The notes under the pieces: generated by a model
Told to the model about the DNA's origin: nothing
Database searches by the model: none
The model's input: the letters and a program-made list of their open reading frames with translations, nothing else
Made by a program: the position numbers and the translations under genes
Shown here: positions 51,093 through 61,041 of the stretch, piece by piece
Layout of the letters: each line of letters begins with the position of its first letter
Numbering within the stretch: the stretch's first letter is position 1
Assembly (NCBI GenBank): GCA_964383395.1
Contig: CAYLGV010000001.1
Coordinates: forward strand, 4,031 to 68,030
Length of the DNA stretch: 64,000 bases
DNA from: an uncultured Candidatus Saccharibacteria bacterium
GTDB taxonomy: Bacteria > Patescibacteriota > Saccharimonadia > Saccharimonadales > CAYLGV01
Direction of reading: 5' to 3'

Positions 51093-51884
51093 TCAAACTG
51101 TAGAAGTAGCAAATGCTTCATCGAGGGCCAGCAGTTCATCCCAGCTTTCAATCGCTCCGCCTTCAAGAATACGTGACAAGTTACCCAAGTATTTGATCAC
51201 AGGAACTTTATGAGTAGCTAAGGCATTCTCAATATCTCGTTCTGGGTATCGGTAGTTCAGCAAGAACTCAATCTGTGAGTTTTGAAATGGCACTAAACCT
51301 TCTATGAGGTTATCTGTGTTGTCATTGGCGGCCTGCATTTCTCTGAATAACTGATGAGAAAGCCAAGGGCCTAAAGGTGTGAATAGTCTTCCGACATCTG
51401 CACTGGCAACTGCGTGGGCTATGAGCTCAGCTCGTTTGGTCGGGTAGGTCTGCTCCACTGCCTTTTGCACAATAGTGCCATCTTGGAAGCGAGGTGTTGT
51501 GCCAATCACGGCCAAGCGACCAGTTGCGATAGCGACTTGTGATATGCCTGGCAGTGCTCGAAGCTCTGATTCTAGCCAATCAGCACTTTCGGCTTCATCA
51601 ACGCCCGGGGCACGGTCAAAGGTCTTAACGACATCGTGGGCTGCCATAGCAGATACGCCCAGCAGAAATTCTGCTCTGGTGAGCCCTAAGGTATCCCTTA
51701 ACACCGAGAAGTCTTCGCAGGCCATACGGGTATGTACGCCATTATGATAATAGTATGGCGAGATGGCAGATTCTTCCATTGCACCGTAGTTGGTATCGAT
51801 CTCGTGTAAGGCACGAGACACGATCAACCTGCCGTCACCAGCAAGCTCGTGATACCAAGGATGTTCTTCAAGTATTTGACGCAT
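51093..51884 (-). CDS. Possible HD-domain phosphohydrolase
   Basis: H...HD pattern (NGVHTRM ... AMAAHDVV). The evidence is weak. Confidence 0.35.
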   Translation of the reverse strand: MRQILEEHPWYHELAGDGRLIVSRALHEIDTNYGAMEESAISPYYYHNGVHTRMACEDFSVLRDTLGLTRAEFLLGVSAMAAHDVVKTFDRAPGVDEAESADWLESELRALPGISQVAIATGRLAVIGTTPRFQDGTIVQKAVEQTYPTKRAELIAHAVASADVGRLFTPLGPWLSHQLFREMQAANDNTDNLIEGLVPFQNSQIEFLLNYRYPERDIENALATHKVPVIKYLGNLSRILEGGAIESWDELLALDEAFATSTV

Positions 51885-51946
51885 AAGTGTTCCTTTCTAT
51901 TAGTTACACCTGCATTGTATCTACGTTATTCCAACTATAGAAATTG

Positions 51947-51981
51947 TTGTGCAAAAAATGCACAGAACGTATAATATTGTC
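51947..51981 (+). promoter_or_regulatory. Promoter placed for a leaderless transcript of the TrmB-like regulator
   Basis: TTGTGC, 17-nt spacer, TATAAT (51970-51975), then 6 nt to ATG 51982. Confidence 0.5.
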
Positions 51982-52776
51982 ATGACAAGCAAGCAGAATA
52001 TTCGAAAAATTATTCACTCTGTTGGCGGAGATACTGAGGTGGCTGATCTGTATTACGCTTTGGTAATCTATGGCCCACAAACTATCTCCCAGCTTGCAAA
52101 AAATGCACATATCGAAAGAACTAAGGTCTATCGGCTCCTGGATGATATGCAATCCTTGAGGCTGATAGAGATTGAACTACATCCAAAGCGCAACATAATT
52201 AAAGCAACCCCGCTCTCTTCAATTTTGCCGATCATTACTCAGAAACAGCAAGAACTTACAGAAGCTGCTAAGGCTTTGCCTCATCTCGAGAGCTTACTCA
52301 ACAAACAGACACTGACTTCACCACTCACTAGGGTGCAATTCTATAAGGGTCAAGAAGGTGCCAAACAGATGCTTTGGAATCAAACAAAAGCTCAAGGTGA
52401 AACTCTTTCAATTTTATACGAGAATATGCAGTCTCATACGGGCGAAGAGTTTTATGTTCGTTGGGCAGAACGATGCAACGAACGAGGCCTAACTTTCCGG
52501 AGTGTAGTTGGCGATGCGTTCATGAAAAGCCAACAGGAATGGGCCACGAAGAATACAAGCGGTACTCTAAAAAATTGGCATGGCAAGTATATTTCAAGAG
52601 ATATTCACGAGATACACTTTTGGACATGTTTATACGATGACGTAGTGGCTTACTTTAGCTGGCATGACTACGAGATTTACGGGATTGAGATTTATAACCA
52701 AGATATAGCTAATTCAAGTCGTGATTTCTTTGAAATGCTATGGGAGAAGTCCGAAGAAATTCCTCGTCGCGCTTAA
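51982..52776 (+). CDS. TrmB-family transcriptional regulator
   Basis: ADLYYALVIYGPQTISQLAKNAHIERTKVYRLLDDMQSLRLI forms a wHTH. The start is moved to ATG 51982, in the same frame as the track ORF. Confidence 0.6.
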   Translation: MTSKQNIRKIIHSVGGDTEVADLYYALVIYGPQTISQLAKNAHIERTKVYRLLDDMQSLRLIEIELHPKRNIIKATPLSSILPIITQKQQELTEAAKALPHLESLLNKQTLTSPLTRVQFYKGQEGAKQMLWNQTKAQGETLSILYENMQSHTGEEFYVRWAERCNERGLTFRSVVGDAFMKSQQEWATKNTSGTLKNWHGKYISRDIHEIHFWTCLYDDVVAYFSWHDYEIYGIEIYNQDIANSSRDFFEMLWEKSEEIPRRA

Positions 52777-53474
52777 GCAGCTCGTGTATCTTGCAAGCTC
52801 CACTTATCTGCTTCGACTTGAAGTTTCGAGATTTCATCTGCAAGTTGTTGCCTTGGCTTTTTCGTGGCTCGAATAAGCTCCTTGGGGTTATCAAACAAGC
52901 CTTCTGTTTGCCCAAATTCCATAGGCTCTCCAAATACAAGACGTATTGGTCCGCGATTATCTTTGTCAGTGCCAGCAATTCCTGCTGGCACTATCGGAAT
53001 ACCGAAGCTAAGTGCCAAAGCAAGCACGCCACGCTTTACGTCTTTAGGCGTGATCAGTTCTCCTGGACGACGTTCACCTTCTGGGAAGATGCCAAATAAA
53101 CCTTTTGCGACTATGCGTCTAGTTATTTCTGCCATGTCTTCAACCGAAAACATTTCACTTCGGTCGATAATAATACCATCCCCATACTCAATAAGTTGCT
53201 TAAGCACCGGTTTGGCTAATTTTTCTTTGCCAAGAAATGTGAGATGATCTCCAGTTGCTTCGAGTATAGCCTGTGCGGATGCGGGTGTATCTAGCTGGCC
53301 GCTATGCTTAGGAGCGAGAATGCCGCCATCATTAATATATGCAAAAACGTCTGCACCGCGATGTTCAATTCCACCATAATGATCAAGTAATGGCTCCATG
53401 ACATGGCCCATTACAAAGTTGTAATAACGTGGATGAGTTGCAGGACGATGTTCGCCTAAGTGTTCATATGCCAT
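52773..53474 (-). CDS. 1-acyl-sn-glycerol-3-phosphate acyltransferase (PlsC family)
   Basis: HSGQLD (HX4D), FPEGERRP and IPIVPAGI. Confidence 0.7.
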   Translation of the reverse strand: MAYEHLGEHRPATHPRYYNFVMGHVMEPLLDHYGGIEHRGADVFAYINDGGILAPKHSGQLDTPASAQAILEATGDHLTFLGKEKLAKPVLKQLIEYGDGIIIDRSEMFSVEDMAEITRRIVAKGLFGIFPEGERRPGELITPKDVKRGVLALALSFGIPIVPAGIAGTDKDNRGPIRLVFGEPMEFGQTEGLFDNPKELIRATKKPRQQLADEISKLQVEADKWSLQDTRAA

Positions 53475-53520
53475 GAGACAAAAGATAGCACTTCTGGTGC
53501 ACTAAGTAAAAAGCTAACGT

Positions 53521-54231
53521 TTAAGCGGCGTGACGGAGGTCGTAGAACTCACCGATATCGCTAATGTCAATGCCAGCGAGACGTTGGTATGCAAAGCGCG
53601 CAAGGCGACCTTCTCTTTCGAGGCTACTGTAAATACGTGGTTCGTATTTTCGTGCTCGTCCGACCCACTTGTGCTCCACTACGCCAGTACTATTCATGCA
53701 TGGAAGACCAATCGGGTCAGGTACAATAATTGCCATAAGCCCTGCCTTAACAGCTTCACCAGTGTTTTTTACACCCTGATCGTCAATCAATACCATGCGT
53801 TGAGGAGCAACTTCCAATATTTCAGAGAGCGTCGTTGTCTGCTCGCCACTTGGTTTCTTGCCAAGTACTAAACCACCTATCTCCATACCTTTATGTACAT
53901 ATGGGATTCCATCAAGCTTTTCGGAGACTACTGACACAAGACCTGGCCACTCTCGTTGTGTATCCGGTTCATTCGTATTGTTGGTTGCGAGCCCGTGAGC
54001 TACATTTTTATTAGCACGTATTGCTGTATGAGCCAGTTCTAAGTTGTGAATACCTTGCGCTCGCTCAAAATCAAAGAACATACCTTCATATGGATCGTTG
54101 TCCACAAAATTACCGAGGACGCCTTCTACGTCTAGCGCAACTGCCTCAGCTTCGAGTGCATATGCCGTTCTAAGCGCGACGTTAAGATCAGGAACTAAAT
54201 ATATATCGGTTTTATGTGCTTCAAATGTCAT
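53521..54231 (-). CDS. HAD-like hydrolase (divergent)
   Basis: LDVEGV in place of DxDGT, and VLIDDQ as motif IV. The assignment is tentative. Confidence 0.35.
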   Translation of the reverse strand: MTFEAHKTDIYLVPDLNVALRTAYALEAEAVALDVEGVLGNFVDNDPYEGMFFDFERAQGIHNLELAHTAIRANKNVAHGLATNNTNEPDTQREWPGLVSVVSEKLDGIPYVHKGMEIGGLVLGKKPSGEQTTTLSEILEVAPQRMVLIDDQGVKNTGEAVKAGLMAIIVPDPIGLPCMNSTGVVEHKWVGRARKYEPRIYSSLEREGRLARFAYQRLAGIDISDIGEFYDLRHAA

Positions 54232-54261
54232 TAGTATATTTTGTCACCAATATATGAATTG

Positions 54262-54762
54262 TCAATATGTCTTAAGTTGCTCACCTCGAAGGATGGCAAA
54301 GCCTTTACGCACAGCTTGAAACTCAATGTCGTCAGCGTCTTTGTTCTCGGAATAGACGATTTCTAACTCGGATTCTGCATACCAGCCATATTCGGAGTGG
54401 TCTTCAGGGTTCAGTACAACGTTCTCTATTCCGTCTGAGAACGCCGCAAAGTAGATGACTTCAATTGAGTGGGAACCTTTCACTTCATTTGTGTATGTAA
54501 ACACAAAGAATGGATCGCCCACCTCAAGGCTTTTACTGAACTCTTCATTGACTTCACGCACTAGGCCAACTACTGGATCTTCGCCAAAGTCGATATGACC
54601 GCCAGGCAGCTCATGTACGCTGGGCAAAAACTTCTTGGTATCAGCACGTTTGGCCAGGAAGACCTTTTCAACGCCATCAAAACTATGATGAATAAAGGCA
54701 CAAGCTGTGATTACTTGTTGGCCGTGTGCTGCTACTTCTGAGTCGTGAGATATTTTAGTCAT
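54262..54762 (-). CDS. NUDIX hydrolase
   Basis: GGHIDFGEDPVVGLVREVNEEF. Confidence 0.8.
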   Translation of the reverse strand: MTKISHDSEVAAHGQQVITACAFIHHSFDGVEKVFLAKRADTKKFLPSVHELPGGHIDFGEDPVVGLVREVNEEFSKSLEVGDPFFVFTYTNEVKGSHSIEVIYFAAFSDGIENVVLNPEDHSEYGWYAESELEIVYSENKDADDIEFQAVRKGFAILRGEQLKTY

Positions 54763-54847
54763 AGGACAATAATAGCAAACTGGCTAGCGTTATTTGACTT
54801 ATCTATACGTTCTGTAAGATTAACGAATTAATACGAACCAAAAGCAA

Positions 54848-55489
54848 CTATTGTGGTATTTGTTGAGGGGTCGCAGCTTCCGCTACATCACGGTTGAGGA
54901 ACTTTTTTAGGGTTACGAGACCAAACTGTGACTTATATACTTCGTAAGCTTCAGGCAGATCATGTATGGGTGTTTCGCTATTTCTAGCCAAGAAATGATG
55001 TGTCATATTGCGGCCGATAACTTCTCGTAGCTGCTCTACTGCAGTGGCTCTTTGACCAGATGCTGTGTAACCAACGAGCTCAAAAGAGCTTCTGTCTGCA
55101 ACAAAATTACCAATACGTTGCATACGACTTTGATTAACTTTCGCGGTTATTCCCATCACCGTTTCGGCACCAAGGCTTTCAATTATTGGCGCTGAACGGG
55201 CCCAGTTACCCATTGTTGAGGTTGAAGTATCCTCGAGTTCGATCTGGCTATTTGGGATTCCCATGCCCACTAAGAAGTCAGCCATAAGTCGTGCTTCTGT
55301 CGTTCCGTAGGCTTCGCCCGCGACTGGTCCGCGACCACTACAAATAACACTTTCTACTGATCCGTCGAGAAGTAATTGCCCTGCTCTTGCAGCATTGAGC
55401 CGCGTGGCATCCGACATCTGATTTAAGCCATCAATTACATCAAAACCAGAGCCGTGAACTAAACCAACTTCTGCAACAAGACCTTTCAT
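54848..55489 (-). CDS. DUF218 (YdcF/ElyC-like) protein
   Basis: VICSGRGP...TTEARLMADFLV pattern. Confidence 0.4.
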   Translation of the reverse strand: MKGLVAEVGLVHGSGFDVIDGLNQMSDATRLNAARAGQLLLDGSVESVICSGRGPVAGEAYGTTEARLMADFLVGMGIPNSQIELEDTSTSTMGNWARSAPIIESLGAETVMGITAKVNQSRMQRIGNFVADRSSFELVGYTASGQRATAVEQLREVIGRNMTHHFLARNSETPIHDLPEAYEVYKSQFGLVTLKKFLNRDVAEAATPQQIPQ

Positions 55490-55530
55490 TTAATTAACGG
55501 TAACATAAAAAGTAAAATCTGTAAACTTAA

Positions 55531-56301
55531 CTAACTCATGACCATAATTGGCTCAGAAAGTTTCTGAATCGTCTGCCTATAAGCTTCCTTGTATGCAACC
55601 ATACCTCGATAGAGCTTAAATGGGTTTACGGTTGGCAACGCTTCAAGCGAAAGTCTTTGTAGATTTTCTCTATTCACAGTAACTTGTTTACGCTTTAGAT
55701 CGTGATGCAGAATACGCTCTTGTAATGGAGCGCCATAGTAGCCAGCATGATCCTTAATGCCACCGTCTAGTTTCGGCTGACCATTGATTATCACTGGTTG
55801 AAATAGTCCAGGGAACGCGCTTGAAGCTCTAGTAGCTAACACTAAATCACCGCTATTTATAACTTCAGTTTCTCGTTTCCGAACATCAAAGACCGAGATG
55901 CTAATTGGCAGCCGGCATCCTGCGAAATCTGTAACTGGCATTCTGCTGCGAAGCGTATCATCAAGCACCTCGCCACGTAGCAGACCAACGCCTGGTGCCG
56001 GATCCCAGAAGTCCTCTCGCTTCACCTGGCTCAAGCCTTGACTTAATTCGGCAGGTTCCAGGCCGGAAGCCCACAACGCAGCTGTTACTGCCCCACCGCT
56101 TGACGCCCGAAGCGCAGCTGGTGCAACATCACTCTCGCAAAGTGCTTCTAAAACACCGGCGTGGGCGTAGAAACCAAAGAAGCCCGATGACAGGGCAAGT
56201 GTGTATGGCCCTTCTGCGAGCCATTCTCCCAGGGAAACTCTTTCCGGAGATGACATGATACAAATAATGCCACATTGTGCATTCCTTGTAAATGTAGCCA
56301 T
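55531..56301 (-). CDS. Patatin-like phospholipase
   Basis: Gly-rich oxyanion region GFFGFYAHAG, GxSxG-type ASSGG, and DGG. The start may be the internal MSSPERV. Confidence 0.65.
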   Translation of the reverse strand: MATFTRNAQCGIICIMSSPERVSLGEWLAEGPYTLALSSGFFGFYAHAGVLEALCESDVAPAALRASSGGAVTAALWASGLEPAELSQGLSQVKREDFWDPAPGVGLLRGEVLDDTLRSRMPVTDFAGCRLPISISVFDVRKRETEVINSGDLVLATRASSAFPGLFQPVIINGQPKLDGGIKDHAGYYGAPLQERILHHDLKRKQVTVNRENLQRLSLEALPTVNPFKLYRGMVAYKEAYRQTIQKLSEPIMVMS

Positions 56302-56330
56302 TTCGTTAAGGACTAATTGATAAGCTGTTG

Positions 56331-57197
56331 TTACTTCTCAGATGTGCCTAGCTGCTCGGGTGGCTTAGGTCGACCCAGTCGCCACATGCCAAAGCGAGCG
56401 AGCGCTCCAGCTCCAACGATTAGCCATAGAGTTGCATCGCCAGTGTTCTGGGCTTTCAAATGACCTAGCTGTTTATCTATTTCTTCAACCTGATCTGGCC
56501 CTACGGTCTGCCTTTCAGCCTGCAATGCCTCGATCTGAGGTTGATTTACTACTCGAGCAGTTTCTGCACTCGCGTGACCGTTAAAAGCCAAGACAGCCGA
56601 AGCAAAAGCTAACCCTAGTGTTCGAGCATACCTACCCCGCATCAATTTCTGTTCTCTTGTGTAGTTACGTAGGGCTGACCTTGACTCTTTGGTCTCATCT
56701 GGCCCAAGTTTTGGTTCGGCTGTAGACAATTGCTTCAGTGCAAACTTTGTTGAGTCACAAGGAGTCATCCTGGTGAATACTCGATAGACCACACCAGCAA
56801 CAATATGGGGGTGAATCGATTCGCCAGTGTAGTTATCAGGATCTGCAAGTGGGCCACGTTGCTCGTTGGCTCTATGTACTTTCTTGCCAGTTTTTAGCAA
56901 ATCTAGATATGCTTTGGGATCGCTGACTTTTGATGGATGCCCCGTAATTAGTCCTGCCTCCAGGCTGTCCATCGTAATGTGAACAAGAGAACGAGTAATC
57001 ACGCCACTCACAACCACTACTCTTTCTTGTGGCGGCAGTTCTGCAACGGGCATAACAACTCCGCTTGGGAAACATCCCTCGCGAGTAACGCTTGGATGGA
57101 TTAGGTCAGTTGGTATGTCATGAAATGCAAACTCAGCACTTGCTTCGAGCAAGCTCTTACTTCCTGGAGACAGTCTAGCTAGCATTGCACTCGCCAC
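56331..57197 (-). CDS. Hypothetical protein with C-terminal transmembrane helices
   Basis: 288-aa ORF. No family recognised. Confidence 0.5.
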   Translation of the reverse strand: MASAMLARLSPGSKSLLEASAEFAFHDIPTDLIHPSVTREGCFPSGVVMPVAELPPQERVVVVSGVITRSLVHITMDSLEAGLITGHPSKVSDPKAYLDLLKTGKKVHRANEQRGPLADPDNYTGESIHPHIVAGVVYRVFTRMTPCDSTKFALKQLSTAEPKLGPDETKESRSALRNYTREQKLMRGRYARTLGLAFASAVLAFNGHASAETARVVNQPQIEALQAERQTVGPDQVEEIDKQLGHLKAQNTGDATLWLIVGAGALARFGMWRLGRPKPPEQLGTSEK

Positions 57198-57263
57198 ATA
57201 TTACATATATATTCCATAACATGATTCTACAATCATGCAAATATTATGCAAGCATGAGCATGA

Positions 57264-57920
57264 TTAACCCAATGATGCTAAGAAATTCTTGAGTTCACTC
57301 ACGACCAAGTCGTGATCAAACAGATTTTCATCATTCAAAATTATACTTGGTTGATAGTGTTTGCGGAACCTGGCTTGATGAATTTTGTGATCTTCCATGA
57401 TCTTGTAAAAACGCTCTTCCTTAACGGTAGGTGTATCACCACGAGCTTTAATTAACTCGATTGCCTTCTCTTCTGTTAGGTTGTAAGCCACGATAAAAAG
57501 CTGGTAGCCAGCTTTCTCAAAGAACGGCAAAATTCTATCGAAGTACCAGTCGATAACACCGTCTCGAACGAGTAAGCCATTCTTGGTGTATTCGCCTAGG
57601 CGTGGGTATAAGTTCATGGTGTAATTCCAGGTTAGCTTATTGAGGGCATCACGATTGCCATCAAGCTCGGGTTTATAACTGATAATCGTTCTTTTCACGC
57701 CATCATTCTCCAGCCTCAAGCCATGTAGTTCTTGCTCGATTTTCTTGGAAAGCGTTGTTTTCCCCATTGCATTACCTCCCGAGAAAACTACCAAAACTTT
57801 AGGATTCGTTTCGTTAAGGTTAGGTAACAGCTTTAGAAAATGTTCATCCAAATACACCTCTAAATCTTTATCAACGTTGCCGATTTCATCTTGTCGATAG
57901 TGTGGTGATGCTAAAGCCAT
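57264..57920 (-). CDS. P-loop kinase-like protein (zeta-toxin/AAA_33-like)
   Basis: Walker A FSGGNAMGKTTL. Confidence 0.45.
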   Translation of the reverse strand: MALASPHYRQDEIGNVDKDLEVYLDEHFLKLLPNLNETNPKVLVVFSGGNAMGKTTLSKKIEQELHGLRLENDGVKRTIISYKPELDGNRDALNKLTWNYTMNLYPRLGEYTKNGLLVRDGVIDWYFDRILPFFEKAGYQLFIVAYNLTEEKAIELIKARGDTPTVKEERFYKIMEDHKIHQARFRKHYQPSIILNDENLFDHDLVVSELKNFLASLG

Positions 57921-57947
57921 AGGGCGATTATAGCAAACATGAGTTGG

Positions 57948-58646
57948 CTAGTTTTTGTAGAATTTCCACTCGCCTTCGCTGACAACTTCGATAGTGCTGT
58001 CGATAACTTTTATTGCTGACATGTCATCGATAGCATACAGAGGAACCGCTACATCCTTGGCAATTTCTTCGAGGAAGTCTCCTCTAATTTTCGGAAAACT
58101 TTTACTATTTAGGTGTGGCCTTACAACGAAGTCAACTAACTTTGCGGTACGGCCAGCAGATCGTCCTTCGGGACCCATCTCATCGTATTCTTCATCGTAG
58201 AATTTGTCGGTATTCTTAATGGCTCCCGAAGCACTTCTAAGGCTCTGTGTCGCAATCATACTGCCAGCGCTAATACCTGCGTAAACTCGAGTTTCGAGCA
58301 GTTTTGGCAGCGCGTCGAATAGCCCAGTTTTTTCCATCATGTAGCTCAAATAGAATGCGTTGCCACCACCAACAAAAATAACGTCGGCATATTCAAGACG
58401 TTCAACGATTTGATTGTTCGTTAAATCGGCTAGGCTGACAATATCGATAAACCCACAGAACTCTTTGATGCGATATAAGTCGTTAACGAGCCAGTCTCGT
58501 GAGTCGTGCTTAAAGTCGTCAACTGGAAAGCCGGCGTTCGGGATGAACGCAACTTTGATCTGGTCACGTGGTTTCGCGACCAACTCTTCCAGGGCATTTG
58601 CAATGGAAGTGTTCGATAAGCCGTTAGATGTAAGGAGTAGTTTCAT
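57948..58646 (-). CDS. Peptidase S51 (dipeptidase E-like)
   Basis: LLLTSNG, FVGGGNAF and GISAGSM. Confidence 0.65.
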   Translation of the reverse strand: MKLLLTSNGLSNTSIANALEELVAKPRDQIKVAFIPNAGFPVDDFKHDSRDWLVNDLYRIKEFCGFIDIVSLADLTNNQIVERLEYADVIFVGGGNAFYLSYMMEKTGLFDALPKLLETRVYAGISAGSMIATQSLRSASGAIKNTDKFYDEEYDEMGPEGRSAGRTAKLVDFVVRPHLNSKSFPKIRGDFLEEIAKDVAVPLYAIDDMSAIKVIDSTIEVVSEGEWKFYKN

Positions 58647-58680
58647 GATTACATCATAGCAAATGATGAAGCCAAGAGGT

Positions 58681-59310
58681 CTAAACTATAGATGGTTTGT
58701 CGATTTCATCAAGGTTAACTTTCCTGACAAAGCCTGGCTCGGCATGTATTTCTGCGGGTACATCTGCAGATAATTCATCCAAGAAATCACGCCCAAGATG
58801 CTCACCGGTACCTACCGATGCAAGTTTAATAACTGGTGTGCCAATACCCCTCCACGGATGTCGGTGCCCTGCTACTAGATCTATGCCCTGTGTAATCCCA
58901 TCAAACTCATTACCAAGTTCAGTCGTGCCTGTAGCCTTAATAACTGCAACATGCTCAATGCCTAGCGCTCCAGTGATTCGATGAATGTCGAGACCCTCAG
59001 TTTTCAATGTCATTGGCTTTCGGAAACTTTCGGGTGCTTCACGACGAGCACGTTTTGCTGCTGCTCTCAGTGATACACTGCCAAGTTTTTCTGAACGTCT
59101 GATCATGTGAAACATTTCACCACTACCTAAAATTGTTAGGCCCATTACTTCTGGATCAAAAAAATCGAGTGATGAGCCTCGAAGTTCCCATGCACGAAAA
59201 GCTAGGCGTTCAAGCCACCCACTACTATCAACAGGCCTTTTGGCGTGAATAGATTCTCGTGCGGCATCGAGTGTTGTTGCTGGGTTGATTGAGTGAAGTG
59301 TAGCTGTCAT
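58681..59310 (-). CDS. Hypothetical protein (209 aa)
   Basis: Long ORF. No family recognised. Confidence 0.5.
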   Translation of the reverse strand: MTATLHSINPATTLDAARESIHAKRPVDSSGWLERLAFRAWELRGSSLDFFDPEVMGLTILGSGEMFHMIRRSEKLGSVSLRAAAKRARREAPESFRKPMTLKTEGLDIHRITGALGIEHVAVIKATGTTELGNEFDGITQGIDLVAGHRHPWRGIGTPVIKLASVGTGEHLGRDFLDELSADVPAEIHAEPGFVRKVNLDEIDKPSIV

Positions 59311-59395
59311 TAACTGTATAGTTTCTCAGATTTTTCGTGAGATGCAAGCTTGAGCGTTATCAATTTTATATGTATTTCAAGAAGGTTTTACGATC

Positions 59396-59917
59396 TTATG
59401 TTACTGTTTTGACAATAGCACGAGCAACTTCTTGAACAGGTTCACTGGCATCAATCATTACGGCACCGTGAGCGCGATACCTTTGTAATGTAGCTTCAAA
59501 TTCTTGCTTAAGTAGTTGTAAAACTGCGGGGTCCTTACCGTAAGCTTCGGGTCGGGTGAGTATTCGGTGTGTCATGGTGGGAATATCTATTTCCAGGCAG
59601 ATAATTTTATCAAAATATTTATCTGCAATCTCAAGGTCGTTCCCTAGCGCATTGCCGCAGACAAAGACAAGTTTGTCTTTTGACGCGTCGGCTAGTTTCT
59701 TGGTTAACTCGTCAGAAAAGTTAAAACTGTGATGGTTTTCCCACTCGACTAAATTTGTATTTTCCCCAGAGGGGTACGAAACTCGTTGATTATTCTCGTC
59801 ATACCAACCGCAGAGTTCGTTGTCGGCATCATGAGCTTCGTAGCCTTGCTTCCTTAATTCTAGTATGGTGGTTGTTTTGCCGCTGCCTGCGGGACCAGTT
59901 ATATAGATGAGTGACAT
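59396..59917 (-). CDS. P-loop NTPase/nucleotide-kinase-like protein
   Basis: ITGPAGSGKTT. Confidence 0.5.
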   Translation of the reverse strand: MSLIYITGPAGSGKTTTILELRKQGYEAHDADNELCGWYDENNQRVSYPSGENTNLVEWENHHSFNFSDELTKKLADASKDKLVFVCGNALGNDLEIADKYFDKIICLEIDIPTMTHRILTRPEAYGKDPAVLQLLKQEFEATLQRYRAHGAVMIDASEPVQEVARAIVKTVT

Positions 59918-59929
59918 GATTTAACCTTA

Positions 59930-60970
59930 CTAAATTTGAATAGCTGCTTTTGCATCAGTAATTAATGACTCAATAGCCTCTCTTTGAGTAGCCCACGAAC
60001 AGACAAAGCGGACCTTGGTTTTACTATCATCAACGGCATTCCAAGGATAGAACCCATAATCATTGCGCAATTGTTCGTAAACATTATTGTCTAAAATAGC
60101 AAAGACTTGATTTGCATCAGCAGCAAGATCAAACTCAATACCAGCTTCTTTCAAGCCAGCGTAAAGTACTTGAGCCATTTCGTTAGCGTGCTTGGCAAGG
60201 TTTAGCCATAAGTTATCTTCATCAAAGAAACGTGCAAACTGTTGACCCATGAAACGTCCCTTTGCCATCATGCCGCCGCGCTGCTTGATGAAGTGACGGA
60301 AGTCCTTCTTGAATAAGTCGTTCTGGACCACCAGCGCTTCGCCGTACATGCCTCCATTCTTAGTGCCACCAATATAGAACATATCTAGCCCAAGATTGCC
60401 GACATCCTTCATAGTCATATTTGCAGCTCGGCTTGCAACTGCCATAGACAAGCGAGCGCCGTCTAGGAACGTGTAAAGACCTCTTGATTTTGCGTGATCA
60501 ATGACCTGTTTAAGTTCGTCTTTGGTGTATACCGTACCTAGCTCAGTGACCTGAGTGAGGTACACAACTTTAGGAATAACGGTGTGCTCGTCTTCGTAAC
60601 GAGCCATGGCTTCATCTATTAGGGAGGGCGTTATTTTGCCATCTGGCGTGTCAACCCAGATAATCTTATGCCCGTGCGCTTCTAAGGCGCCTGTTTCATG
60701 TGTGTTGATGTGACCACTAGCTGGCGCGATAACACCTTCTATGGCACGAAGCATAGACTTTAAACCAATTACATTACAAGCGGTACCAGTCGGAAGAAAG
60801 TGTACGTCTGCATCAGGGATGGCAAATGCCTTTTGGATCCGTTCTGCTGCCAGCTCTGAATATTCATCCCTACCGTAGGTTAACTGAGCATCGTCATTGT
60901 GATCAGTTATGTATTTGAGTAACTCTGGGTGGACACCTTCTGAGTAGTCATCGTAAAAGCTGTATTTCAT
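59930..60970 (-). CDS. PLP-dependent threonine aldolase family protein
   Basis: Fold-type I layout, with GGTKNGG as the candidate PLP-lysine block. Confidence 0.5.
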   Translation of the reverse strand: MKYSFYDDYSEGVHPELLKYITDHNDDAQLTYGRDEYSELAAERIQKAFAIPDADVHFLPTGTACNVIGLKSMLRAIEGVIAPASGHINTHETGALEAHGHKIIWVDTPDGKITPSLIDEAMARYEDEHTVIPKVVYLTQVTELGTVYTKDELKQVIDHAKSRGLYTFLDGARLSMAVASRAANMTMKDVGNLGLDMFYIGGTKNGGMYGEALVVQNDLFKKDFRHFIKQRGGMMAKGRFMGQQFARFFDEDNLWLNLAKHANEMAQVLYAGLKEAGIEFDLAADANQVFAILDNNVYEQLRNDYGFYPWNAVDDSKTKVRFVCSWATQREAIESLITDAKAAIQI

Positions 60971-61041
60971 AGCCTTATCATAACAAACACCGATACCAAG
61001 ACAGCCCTTTCATCCATAGACTGAATTGATACTAGCAATAT

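Noticed and set aside
55531-57920. A CBASS-like system built from the patatin effector and neighbouring genes.
   Set aside because: No CD-NTase-like GS...DxD protein, and no E1/E2, JAB or HORMA accessory gene, is adjacent. The neighbouring P-loop protein looks like a small kinase.
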